A stretch of 50,076 bases of DNA from Candidatus Micrarchaeia archaeon (GCA_038870455.1 JAWCPB010000003.1:1-50076); one strand, 5' to 3'; shown: positions 34,101-42,736, numbered from the stretch's first letter. Notes: generated from the sequence alone by a model not told the origin. A program made the numbers and translations.

Positions 34101-34111
34101 GTTTAAAAAGG
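34101..34111 (+). promoter_or_regulatory. Putative TATA box of the ATPase/membrane-protein operon
   Basis: gtttaaaaagg lies about 26-36 nt upstream of ATG 34137. Confidence 0.4.
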
Positions 34112-34136
34112 AGCGCAGCGAAGTAGGCTCGAGAGC

Positions 34137-34949
34137 ATGGCCGTCGAGATTCCAACAAAATACTGGGCTTTCGGCTGCATGGGCGCGGGCCTCATGGCGC
34201 TCCTCGTGGGATTTACGAACTCCGGCACGAGCGCAGCGCTCGCGGCCATAGGAGCCGGCTTTTTCTTCTTCCTCAGCTTTGCATTCTACAAGTGGGGATA
34301 CATCCTCGTGCCGCTCATCACGACAGGCTCTAGAGTGGTTGAGGTGCATGAGGGAGGGTACGAGATTCCGCCCACGCAGGACGCCGTGCTGCGCGAGATA
34401 AAGGGCATCTACTACGCCAGCAAGTTCCTGCTCGTGAGAATATACGAGAGCATGACGGAGAAGAGCGAGGAGGAGAAGGCGCAGTACACCGAGTTCTTCG
34501 AGAGGGCCATCACATCGGTCAAGTACGTGACCAAGTTCTGCATGCTCGTTTATGTGAAGGACCTCACCAAGTACAGGGAACAAATCGAGACAAAGAGAAT
34601 GGAGGCGCAGCTCCGCCTCTCAAGGGAAATGGAGAAGCCCGAGCCGGACGTGCTGAAGGTGGACAGGTACGAGAGGGAAAAGGGAATGTGGGACGCCATG
34701 CTCCAGAGGCTCATGAGTGGAGTCAGGCCAATGGGAAGCGTCTGCTACGTCATGACGACAGCGACGGGCGTGACGAAAGACGCCGCGCTGGCGGCCGCGC
34801 GCGCGCAGGCGAACGAGCTGCGGGCGACGATTGCCAACGCGCTGAACGTTGAGGTGGTGCCGCTCACCGGCGAGGACATGAAGAGGTGCTTTGACTGGGA
34901 ATTCACGCTGCCGCCGACAGTGAAGGAGCTTGAGGAACAGATTTCCTAG
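34137..34949 (+). CDS. Membrane protein with an N-terminal 2-TM hairpin and ~200-aa cytoplasmic domain; candidate VirB3 / VirB4-N-terminal-domain equivalent
   Basis: TM1 is WAFGCMGAGLMALLVGF and TM2 is AALAAIGAGFFFFLSFAFY. A soluble alpha/beta plus coiled segment follows. The stop lies 8 nt before the ATPase ATG. Confidence 0.5.
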   Translation: MAVEIPTKYWAFGCMGAGLMALLVGFTNSGTSAALAAIGAGFFFFLSFAFYKWGYILVPLITTGSRVVEVHEGGYEIPPTQDAVLREIKGIYYASKFLLVRIYESMTEKSEEEKAQYTEFFERAITSVKYVTKFCMLVYVKDLTKYREQIETKRMEAQLRLSREMEKPEPDVLKVDRYEREKGMWDAMLQRLMSGVRPMGSVCYVMTTATGVTKDAALAAARAQANELRATIANALNVEVVPLTGEDMKRCFDWEFTLPPTVKELEEQIS

Positions 34950-34957
34950 GTGAAGGG

Positions 34958-36526
34958 ATGGGCAGAATAAAGATTACAGACATTCACAGCGACAAGCTGG
35001 CGGCCAGAAACATTTTCGTCAGGCCCCCTGAGCCGCCTGAGGAGTACCTCATGGGAAACCCGGCGGACAGCATCTACATCGGCAAGACGAAGATTTTTCA
35101 CGTGCCGTTTCACTGGAGCTTCCGCAACATCACAAACCCGCACATCTGCGTCATCGGCATAACGGGATCCGGCAAGAGCTACTTCGTCAAGACCTTCCTC
35201 ACGAGAGCGAGTTTTGTGTGGGGCACCAACGCGTTCATCATTGATTGGGCGGGCGAGTACAGGGATTGGGTGAAGCAGACGGGCGGCCGGGTCATTGCGC
35301 TCGGCAAGGGAAGCTACATCAACCTGCTGGACACGGCTGGCATGAAGCCCATCGACAGGATAAAGCAGATAATCAGGACGCTCGAGATACTCACGGACAT
35401 CGGCCAGTACCCAGAGCAGAGGAGGCTCACCGAAATAGCGATTGAAGAGGCGTACGTGCGGGCCGGCTTCAAGATGGCTGAAAAGATTCAGAGGGATGCG
35501 CTGGGAAACCCGCTCAAGCCCCCGACGCTCAAGGACGTGCAGAGAATACTAGAGGAAAAGCTCGCTGCTGGCACGTACGAGTTTCCGGCAGAGCTCGAGA
35601 ACGCGATATACAGGATAAAGAAATTCACCAGAGAGGGCGAGGACTTCTTTGCCGAGCAGAGCACGGTCAATCTCGAGGAGCTGACCAAGGCGGGCCTGGT
35701 CGACCTGGACCTCAGCGGGCTGCCGGACGAGGTTTTCAGAGGCCTCGCAGGTCTGTCCATGCTGCAGTTCCTGAAGGAAAAAATGAGGGAGGAAGGCTGG
35801 TCGCCTACAAAGGGGCTCAAACTGCTCGTTGTGCTTGACGAGGCGTGGAAAATAGCCAAGGACGACAACTCCGATGCCGTGATGATTGTCAGGGAGGGCA
35901 GAAAGTACCAGTTCGGGCTCATCGTGGCCAGCCAGAACCCCACTGACATCAGTGAGGCCATCTTCAGCAACGTGGGCACGACTTTCATTCTCCGCATCAA
36001 ATTCGAGAGGTTCCTGGACTATGTGCAGGCGAGCCTGAACTTCAGCGACTATATGAGGAATGAGATAAGCAGGTTCGGGGTCGGGCAGGCGGCGGTGAAC
36101 ATGGCATTCCAGACCGCCACGCCCTTCGCCGAGACGTTCCTGCTGGAGAAGGTGGAGGGCGAGGAGCCTCTCGTGGAATATTTCCTGGACATGGAGAGCG
36201 TGACAGGACCGGGGGAGGTGGAGGGCGTGGCGAAGACCTACTCGTTCGAGAAAAACGACCTCAAGAGGAGGCTGAGGAACTTCGGGCTCGAGGACGCGAG
36301 AGTTGAGGAGATCACGACGCTGTTTGACAAGAAGAACCGCCACATCGACGTGGTGTCCTTCGTTGTGCTGCTGGAGAGGTACGGCGTGATTCGCACGCAC
36401 ATCACGCAGTTCCTCAAAGACATTGGCATGGACGACCCGACCATAATAACGGTGTTCAGCAAGGCGGACTTCAAGAAGCTCGGGCTCGAGGACAGGGACA
36501 TAACCGAGGTCATACTGCAGGAGTGA
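34958..36526 (+). CDS. VirB4/TrbE/CedB-like ATPase of the FtsK-HerA superfamily (DUF87/AAA_10-like)
   Basis: Walker A is ICVIGITGSGKSY (35156-35179). Walker B is LLVVLDEAWKIA with the VirB4-typical DEAW (35837-35848). REGRKYQFGLIVASQNPTDI is present. The C-terminal extension carries two (F)GLED....EI helical repeats. Confidence 0.75.
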   Translation: MGRIKITDIHSDKLAARNIFVRPPEPPEEYLMGNPADSIYIGKTKIFHVPFHWSFRNITNPHICVIGITGSGKSYFVKTFLTRASFVWGTNAFIIDWAGEYRDWVKQTGGRVIALGKGSYINLLDTAGMKPIDRIKQIIRTLEILTDIGQYPEQRRLTEIAIEEAYVRAGFKMAEKIQRDALGNPLKPPTLKDVQRILEEKLAAGTYEFPAELENAIYRIKKFTREGEDFFAEQSTVNLEELTKAGLVDLDLSGLPDEVFRGLAGLSMLQFLKEKMREEGWSPTKGLKLLVVLDEAWKIAKDDNSDAVMIVREGRKYQFGLIVASQNPTDISEAIFSNVGTTFILRIKFERFLDYVQASLNFSDYMRNEISRFGVGQAAVNMAFQTATPFAETFLLEKVEGEEPLVEYFLDMESVTGPGEVEGVAKTYSFEKNDLKRRLRNFGLEDARVEEITTLFDKKNRHIDVVSFVVLLERYGVIRTHITQFLKDIGMDDPTIITVFSKADFKKLGLEDRDITEVILQE

Positions 36527-36530
36527 TGAC

Positions 36531-36890
36531 ATGCCCAAAACGGTTTGCATAATCTGTGGCCGGCGGAGGGCGGGCGCGCCCGTGGTGGACGATGCGGTGA
36601 TACGGACCATCCGGTGGGCCAAGCGCAAGCTCGGCGTGGCGCAGGGAAACAAGCTTGTGGTATGCCCCGAGGACATGGAGGAGCACCTGAAGAGAAGGCA
36701 ACGGTTCGAGAAGCGCCTGATCCAGTACGGCGCGCTGTTCTTTGTGCTGGCGGTCGCCATGCTCCTGCTGTCCGGCTCGCTGGCGGGCGTGCTGGTGATT
36801 GTGCTCATGGCCGCCTTCATCATGGCGCTGGTGATCGCTGTGAACTACACCCCGCATGTTAGAAAGACAGGGAGGGAAAGGCGTGGCTGA
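36531..36890 (+). CDS. Small membrane protein with an N-terminal Cys-rich (CxxC...C) domain and 2 TM helices
   Basis: Contains VCIICGRRRAG...VVCPEDMEEH, then ALFFVLAVAMLLLSGSLAGVLVIVLMAAFIMALVIAV. It starts 4 nt after the ATPase stop. Confidence 0.55.
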   Translation: MPKTVCIICGRRRAGAPVVDDAVIRTIRWAKRKLGVAQGNKLVVCPEDMEEHLKRRQRFEKRLIQYGALFFVLAVAMLLLSGSLAGVLVIVLMAAFIMALVIAVNYTPHVRKTGRERRG

Positions 36891-37617
36891 GGAAAAAACG
36901 CCGGAAGCGCTCGAGCCGAGAGTTGACGGCTTCCGCTTCGCCGCGAAGAGGAAGAAGGGGGTGGAGGAGGTTACCAAGGCGCTCTCGCCGCTTTCGTTCC
37001 TGGAAGTCGCCCCGGAGGGGGACGTGGTCGCGCTCATCAACGTCGAGTCAAGGGATATTTCGAAAAACCCGTACTCTTTCACGCTCACTTACCTCAAGCC
37101 CGAGAGCATAGAGCTCATGTACACGATACCCCCGGGCACGAGCCCGCGCAAGAGGCGCGTGGATGTCTTCCGCTTCCTCCTCAACCTCCTCACGCTGCTC
37201 GACGAGTGCTATGAGGTCGACCGCAAGGAGTTCTACCAGCTCATCGACGCGGCGTTTAAGGGAGTCGGCGAGTACGTGTCCTCGTCGTACGACGAGATTT
37301 TCGCGAAGTACGATGCGTGCAGGAGCGAGAACGAGATTCTCAGGAAGAGGGTGGAGAGCCTGCAGTCCACCAACGACCGCCTCGGAAAGGACAACATGGA
37401 GCTCAAGGAAAAGAACGACGCCCTCGCCCTCAGGCTGCGCGAGCTCGAGAGCTACAGCGACGACGTGCTCATGCTCAAGATACAGGAGTGGCTGCTGGAG
37501 CACAAGAACGAGATAAACATAGGCGAGTTCAGCAAAGTGCATAAGGTGCGCGAGCAGAGGGTGGAGCAGGTGCTGAACAGGATGGTGACCGAGGGGCTGC
37601 TAGCGGTCCGGGAGTAG
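36856..37617 (+). CDS. Soluble protein: N-terminal domain, central coiled coil, C-terminal winged helix
   Basis: The coiled coil is ENEILRKRVESLQSTNDRLGKDNMELKEKNDALALRLRELE. The C-terminal wHTH is INIGEFSKVHKVREQRVEQVLNRMVTEGLLAV. The alternative start GTG 36883 is preceded by GGAGG (36871-36875). Confidence 0.6.
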   Translation: MLERQGGKGVAEEKTPEALEPRVDGFRFAAKRKKGVEEVTKALSPLSFLEVAPEGDVVALINVESRDISKNPYSFTLTYLKPESIELMYTIPPGTSPRKRRVDVFRFLLNLLTLLDECYEVDRKEFYQLIDAAFKGVGEYVSSSYDEIFAKYDACRSENEILRKRVESLQSTNDRLGKDNMELKEKNDALALRLRELESYSDDVLMLKIQEWLLEHKNEINIGEFSKVHKVREQRVEQVLNRMVTEGLLAVRE

Positions 37618-37622
37618 GTGAC

Positions 37623-40253
37623 ATGCCCCGGAGGAATGAGAGGGACATCCTGAGCGCGAAGCCGGCCAAGAAGTCCTTCGTATTCGAGGTCAGGAAGAGG
37701 TTCGCGCACGTGAGAAAGTTCATCCCGGCCGCGCCCCCGAAGCTCGACGCATCCACGATAGCCGGCCTGCTCGGCGCGTACCTGAGGCGGAGGCGGGGCG
37801 ACAGGCAGGCTGAGGAGGAGTTCCGCCACCGCACTGCGCCCATGACGAAAGTGCTGCTGGGGCGGCTCATGTTCATCCTCATCGCGCTCTTCGTCATAGC
37901 CCTGCTCCTCGTGGGGGCTTTCTTCTTCATCGTCCTCAGTGCCCCCCCGCCCCCGCCTCCCCAGCCGGTGGTGGTGGCGCCCACCGTGAGCTACAGCGTG
38001 CAGAAGTACGACGTGCTGTCGTTCGGGCCAGGCAGCGAGTACGCCGCGTTTGCGACCGTGCCCATGCAGGGAAGGGACGTGCAGGAAGTGAGGCTCCACC
38101 TCGACCTGTTCGCCGACGAGGTGCCGCAGGACATCTTCCTGCTAAAGTCGCGCAGGGAACAGGCCACGCAGTACGCGGAGTTCAAGAAGTATCTGGAGGC
38201 CGAGCTGGCCAAGCAGGGCCTCAGGGCCAACGAACTGCACATAGACCAGCTGAGGAGGCTGCCCAGGGAAAGCAGGGCGGTAATAATAGTGCCCTCGGGC
38301 TTCTTCCCCGCAGTTTTCCTCGGCCTCGTCGACCCGGATTTCGACGTGCGCACGCTGCTCGGCCAGGGAAACGTCATCATCTACATGGGCCACGGGTTCG
38401 ACAGGGGAGCGATTTTCGAGCGGGAGGGCAGGGTGAGGGTGAACGCTGATGCCGCGGCAAAACGCCTTGGATTCGGCATCGGCCCGCCCACCGGAGCACA
38501 CAGCGAAGACGGGTACAACCTCAGGGACCCGCAGTACAGCATAGTGCCCGTAGAGAGGGAGCTGCCCCTGGCTTCGGTGCACGGCTCGATGTACAGCGTG
38601 AACATCGGCAGCGGCTACATGCTTTTCCTGCCCCAGCCTCTTGACAGCGGATGGCTGAACGGCGCGCAGGCTGCGCAGGATGTTGCTAGGCTCATTCAGG
38701 AGGCCGCGTGGCAGAGGGCGTTCAGGGGTAAGCTCGTGGCCGTGGGAGAGAAAAGGGTGGCAGCGGCGAATGGCTCGGTGTCGGCCAATCCGCTCCTGCT
38801 CTCCACGCCTTATCCCAAGCAGAATGCATGGGGAAGGCTTCAGGTCAGCGTGGTGGGGCTCGACAACAGAACTTACGGGCGGACCATCTTCCTGAAGTAC
38901 GACAACGTGGTGAGAGGCCAGCTCAGGCACTCCACCTCGGCGCTTCCCACCGAACTGAGCGGGCAGAGGCTGACGGTGAGCGGTGAGTTCAATGAGCCGG
39001 AGAGCGTGTGGAGGCTCCGCAAGCCAGTGAATGTCTATCTCGTGTTCTACAACTCGACCTCGCGCGTTTCGTCGCGCCTCATGCAGGCCGAGCCGGTCAT
39101 CCCGACCGCGCTCTATCCCATCTCGGCGGACGTGGAAATCACGGTGCCCAGCGGAGACTATTACCTGAGAGTGGAGGACGAGGATGGGAACGTGTTTGCC
39201 CAGAGCTACCTCAGAGTTCCGGAGATAAACATCACGAAGGAAGTGCAGAACTTCGGCGCGGGGTATTTCTCCTTCGACGTGAAGGCGGACGGAGTGCCCG
39301 CGGACTTGAGGAACGTGCGCGTGTCGCTCGACGGACTGCAGGAGACCGTGCTGGCAACGCGCGAATCGAGGGTGACGAGCGGGGCCAGGGTGCTCGAGTA
39401 TGTTTTCCAAGGAAGGATAGGCGAGGGCGAGCACGCTTTCCTCATAGAGTACGCCGGACAGAAGACGACCATCACCGGGACTTACACGTTTCCGAAAAAC
39501 TGGTGGGACAACCCGCTCATGCAGGTGGGGCTCGTCTTCACCGCAATAATATTCGTTATGGGCGTGCTGCTGCGCAGGCCCGAGCCCGTGATGTACGGCA
39601 TTGACGTGCCCGACTTCCCGCCCACGGCCAAGGTGCTCATCCCGCTGCCGCCAAAAACGGTCACCGACCTTTTCGACACGCTCGAGGCCGAGTACGGCTG
39701 GAAGTACATGCCGCTCGAGCCGAGGGAGCTCAAGAACGGATTCAGGAAAGTCGTTTACAAAGGAAGGGGCATTCTCATCGGCGACTACAACCTCGAAAAG
39801 CTGCTCGAGAAGCTCGAGGCCAAGGGCCTGGTGGAGAGCGCGCTGGGACTGTGGGGTCTCAAAAAGTGGGTGCAGGAAAGCAGGAAGAGCATGAGGTACC
39901 TCGCCGTATTCAGGAAGCTCAGGACTATTTTCGTGAACAACGCGGTCAAGTTCACGGACTTCGGCGAAAGGCAGGACTGCGACACGGCGATAAGCATTCC
40001 CGAAACCGTTTTCGTGCACATCTACGACGGCGACGCCGTACTGCCGAGAGTGCTGGCGAGCGCGCAGAAGGGCGCGAGCGTGCTCGTGTTCGCGGACAAC
40101 CTCGAGAGGGAGGTTTTCAAGCGAAAGCTCTACTCGCCAGAGCCCCTGCTCGTCGCGCTCAAGCTCATGAAGGACCAGGGAAGGCTCGTCCTCACAGACA
40201 CCGAGTGGTTCGAGAGAAAGATAATAAAGAAGGAAAAGGCAGGCAGGAGCTAA
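37623..40253 (+). CDS. 876-aa bitopic membrane protein: cytoplasmic N-tail, TM, ~520-aa extracellular domain, TM, ~230-aa cytoplasmic C-domain
   Basis: TM1 is LLGRLMFILIALFVIALLLVGAFFFIVL, followed by a PPPPPPPQP linker. The exodomain carries sequons (NGS, NRT, NST, NIT). TM2 is LMQVGLVFTAIIFVMGVLL. No recognisable family. Confidence 0.65.
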   Translation: MPRRNERDILSAKPAKKSFVFEVRKRFAHVRKFIPAAPPKLDASTIAGLLGAYLRRRRGDRQAEEEFRHRTAPMTKVLLGRLMFILIALFVIALLLVGAFFFIVLSAPPPPPPQPVVVAPTVSYSVQKYDVLSFGPGSEYAAFATVPMQGRDVQEVRLHLDLFADEVPQDIFLLKSRREQATQYAEFKKYLEAELAKQGLRANELHIDQLRRLPRESRAVIIVPSGFFPAVFLGLVDPDFDVRTLLGQGNVIIYMGHGFDRGAIFEREGRVRVNADAAAKRLGFGIGPPTGAHSEDGYNLRDPQYSIVPVERELPLASVHGSMYSVNIGSGYMLFLPQPLDSGWLNGAQAAQDVARLIQEAAWQRAFRGKLVAVGEKRVAAANGSVSANPLLLSTPYPKQNAWGRLQVSVVGLDNRTYGRTIFLKYDNVVRGQLRHSTSALPTELSGQRLTVSGEFNEPESVWRLRKPVNVYLVFYNSTSRVSSRLMQAEPVIPTALYPISADVEITVPSGDYYLRVEDEDGNVFAQSYLRVPEINITKEVQNFGAGYFSFDVKADGVPADLRNVRVSLDGLQETVLATRESRVTSGARVLEYVFQGRIGEGEHAFLIEYAGQKTTITGTYTFPKNWWDNPLMQVGLVFTAIIFVMGVLLRRPEPVMYGIDVPDFPPTAKVLIPLPPKTVTDLFDTLEAEYGWKYMPLEPRELKNGFRKVVYKGRGILIGDYNLEKLLEKLEAKGLVESALGLWGLKKWVQESRKSMRYLAVFRKLRTIFVNNAVKFTDFGERQDCDTAISIPETVFVHIYDGDAVLPRVLASAQKGASVLVFADNLEREVFKRKLYSPEPLLVALKLMKDQGRLVLTDTEWFERKIIKKEKAGRS

Positions 40254-40957
40254 CGCACCAGCGCGTAGTCCTCAACCGGTTTCCCGAACAGGTAATGCCT
40301 TATGCCGGCAGACCAGTAGCGCAGGGCCTCGCGGAAATAGCCAAAGCGGCGGAAGCGCCTCGGCGAAGCCGCCACAGTCAAGCGGCTGTCGAACACAACT
40401 CGGCCGAACCCCTTCATCCTGTTGGCCAGCTCGTTGTCCTCGATGGCGAGCAGGGTCTCGCTGAATCCGCCGGCGCGCTCGAAAGCCTTTTTCCTCACGG
40501 CAAGGTTTGAGCCGTGGAAGGAATAGAAGCCGGCGAGAGAGGCAAGTCGAGGGAACCAGTCGCTGAAAAGCGCGTAGAAAAACCTGTCAGGCAAGCCGCC
40601 GTCGGTGGGCGAGAGCGGGCCGCCGACGCAGACAACGCTGGGGTCGCGGAAGCAGGAGGTTATGCGCTCCAGCCAATCGCTGTCCGGAAGAGAGTCCGCG
40701 TCCGTGAAAGCGAGAATGCTGCCTCTTGCCAAGGACGCGCCGGCGTTCCTGGCCGCGCCCGCCCCTCTGCGCTTTTTTTCAACGATGACGCGAGCGCCGC
40801 CCGACCTCGCGGCAGCGACTGTCCCGTCAGTGCTGCCGCCATCGACAACAATTATTTCGATGGGGGAAAGCGTTTGTTTGCGCAGGCTCCGGATGCACGC
40901 GCCGATGTTCTCCTTTTCGTTGAAGGCCGGGATGACCACGCTGATGGTGTTTTCCAA
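40250..40957 (-). CDS. Family-2 glycosyltransferase
   Basis: Contains ISVVIPAFNEKENI, IEIIVVDGGSTDGT and ILAFTDADS. Confidence 0.85.
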   Translation of the reverse strand: MENTISVVIPAFNEKENIGACIRSLRKQTLSPIEIIVVDGGSTDGTVAAARSGGARVIVEKKRRGAGAARNAGASLARGSILAFTDADSLPDSDWLERITSCFRDPSVVCVGGPLSPTDGGLPDRFFYALFSDWFPRLASLAGFYSFHGSNLAVRKKAFERAGGFSETLLAIEDNELANRMKGFGRVVFDSRLTVAASPRRFRRFGYFREALRYWSAGIRHYLFGKPVEDYALVR

Positions 40958-42094
40958 CTACAGCACCTCGGCGTAGATTTTCAGCAGGCGTGCGGTGCAT
41001 CGCTGTATGGAGTATTTCTCGGCCGTGGCCCGGGCGTTTCCGGCGAGCGCGCGCCTTCTCCTGAGGCACTGCAGCACCGCCCTGGCACAATCGTCAGGCG
41101 AGTCCGGCTCGAATAGAAAGCCATTGCGATTGTCCCTGACCAGCTCGCTGATGGCCAAGTAGTCCGCGCCCGCGACAGGCTTTCCGCACGCCATGGCCTC
41201 GAGCGCGGCGAGCCCCTGCGTCTCAAACTTGCTGGGAAAGGCGAACACGTCGCACGCTGCATAATGGGCGGGAAGCTCGGTGTCAGGCACGAAGCCGGTG
41301 AAGACAAAGCTCCTGGCCACCCCCTCCCGCTCGGCCAGCTTCCGGTAGTAGTCGAGCGCAGGGCCGGCTCCGGCTATGACGAAGCGCGCGTCAGGCTCTT
41401 CCTCTTGGATGAGCAGCGCACTGCGAATGAGCACCTCGAGGTTCTTCTCGAGCGCGACCCTGCCAACGTGCAGGATGAGCGGGTTGGCCTCGAGGCCGAG
41501 CCTCGCCCTCACGGGCCTTCCGTCCACGCGCGGGTTGAACCTATTCACGTCAATTCCGTTCGGGGCGGTGCGGAGGTTGCGGAAGCCGTGCCCGGCGAGC
41601 AGCCTCGCGATGGCGCTGCTGGGCGCGATGGTGCGGTCGCACTGATTGTAGTACCACCGCACGTAGTTCCAGGCAATGCGCTGGGTGAGGCGCCTCACGG
41701 CACCCGCACGCGAGATGTAGTGCGTGGCCTCGGGCACGAGCGTGTGGAAAGAGCCCACCAAGGGGAGGCCGTGAGCGCGAGACACCGCCAGCGCGGCGAG
41801 GCCCATGGTCGCCATGCCGTGAGAGTGAATGAGCTCGCAGCCCAGCTTTGTGACCCTGCTCTCGCTGAAGAAGGGAAACAACGCAATTTTGTACTCGGGA
41901 TAAGGCTGGAACGGGGCTGCCGTGTGGTAGAACACGCGCGCGTCCCTGTTTTCCCTCCTCGCCCGCAGCGAGCCGGGGCAGAACACGAAAACCTCATGCC
42001 CCCTCCTCTCGAGCTCGGCCCGCGTGTTGAGGATGCTGCTGACCACGCCATCGCGCGTCGGAAGGTACGTGTCGGTGAAGAAGGCAATGCGCAT
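40958..42094 (-). CDS. GT-B fold glycosyltransferase (GT4 family)
   Basis: Contains MRIAFFTDTYLPTRDGV, HSHG, and the C-terminal FPSKFETQGLAALEAMACGKPV (EX7E motif). Confidence 0.85.
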   Translation of the reverse strand: MRIAFFTDTYLPTRDGVVSSILNTRAELERRGHEVFVFCPGSLRARRENRDARVFYHTAAPFQPYPEYKIALFPFFSESRVTKLGCELIHSHGMATMGLAALAVSRAHGLPLVGSFHTLVPEATHYISRAGAVRRLTQRIAWNYVRWYYNQCDRTIAPSSAIARLLAGHGFRNLRTAPNGIDVNRFNPRVDGRPVRARLGLEANPLILHVGRVALEKNLEVLIRSALLIQEEEPDARFVIAGAGPALDYYRKLAEREGVARSFVFTGFVPDTELPAHYAACDVFAFPSKFETQGLAALEAMACGKPVAGADYLAISELVRDNRNGFLFEPDSPDDCARAVLQCLRRRRALAGNARATAEKYSIQRCTARLLKIYAEVL

Positions 42095-42138
42095 CGGCTA
42101 ATCAATGGGAGAAATAAAAATAAAAGAGGGGAGGGAAG

Positions 42139-42657
42139 CTACTTGAGCTTCAGCACGGCAGCCCCGTACGCCGCCCCGCCGATGCCGCCCAGCACGGCGC
42201 CCATCACGATGTTGAGGGGAAGCATGCAGACAAAGCCGAGCCCGCCCACCACGCCGGACAGGAGGCCGCCAAACGCAGCGCCGGCCGCTCCGCCTCCGGC
42301 CGCTCCGCCCGCGATGCCCAGCCCCACGCCGAGCCCGAAATTGAGAAACTGCCAGACGAGCATGGCGACTGCGCCCGCCACCGCGCCGCCGATTGCGGAG
42401 TCAGCAAGAGACTTGAGCGTGCCCCGGGCGAGCGCGGCAGTCGCCGCGCCCGAAGCCGCCACGAGCACATAGCTGAGAATGCAGATGGGTATGCCGAGAA
42501 TGCACCCGGCGGTCGCGGTGAAAGCCGCCACGAGGCTTCCAATGGCCGGAATGAGTCTGGCTATGAAAGTGAGGATGCCGAAAATGTTTCCGAGAACGGC
42601 ATTCACAACGCCGACGACAACACCCGTGCCAGCGCCTGCAACAAACTTGTCAGTCAT
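42139..42657 (-). CDS. Gly/Ala-rich glycine-zipper polytopic membrane protein, unknown function
   Basis: 172 aa from ATG 42657. Contains repeated GxxxG/AxxxG runs (GLGVGLGIAGGAAGGGAAGAAFGGLLSGVVGGLG). Confidence 0.5.
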   Translation of the reverse strand: MTDKFVAGAGTGVVVGVVNAVLGNIFGILTFIARLIPAIGSLVAAFTATAGCILGIPICILSYVLVAASGAATAALARGTLKSLADSAIGGAVAGAVAMLVWQFLNFGLGVGLGIAGGAAGGGAAGAAFGGLLSGVVGGLGFVCMLPLNIVMGAVLGGIGGAAYGAAVLKLK

Positions 42658-42679
42658 CCAAACAACACCCCCGTGTCTT

Positions 42680-42736
42680 TGCGGGAACAACGCCTTTCCT
42701 GCTTTTAAACTTATCTAACCGGCTTCTGTTCCCGCA
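42680..42736. repeat. Perfect 10-bp inverted repeat TGCGGGAACA ... TGTTCCCGCA bracketing an A/T box (gcttttaaactta)
   Basis: The arms are at 42680-42689 and 42727-42736. They lie in the 232-bp divergent intergenic region between the Gly-zipper gene and the XRE regulator gene. Confidence 0.6.

Noticed and set aside
38142-40019. 625-aa antisense ORF inside the 876-aa membrane-protein gene; a similar 444-aa ORF (47732..49066) lies opposite the DUF2070-like gene.
   Set aside because: These are typical high-GC shadow ORFs with Arg/His/Pro/Glu-rich composition, no motifs and alternative start codons. The sense-strand genes have clear TM, domain and operon logic.
33699-40253. The VirB4-like cluster as part of an integrated conjugative element or provirus.
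   Set aside because: No integrase, relaxase, coupling protein, flanking direct repeats or tRNA-adjacent att is visible in the window, and composition looks native by eye. This cannot be excluded without the whole genome, so it is kept only as a check in the main finding.
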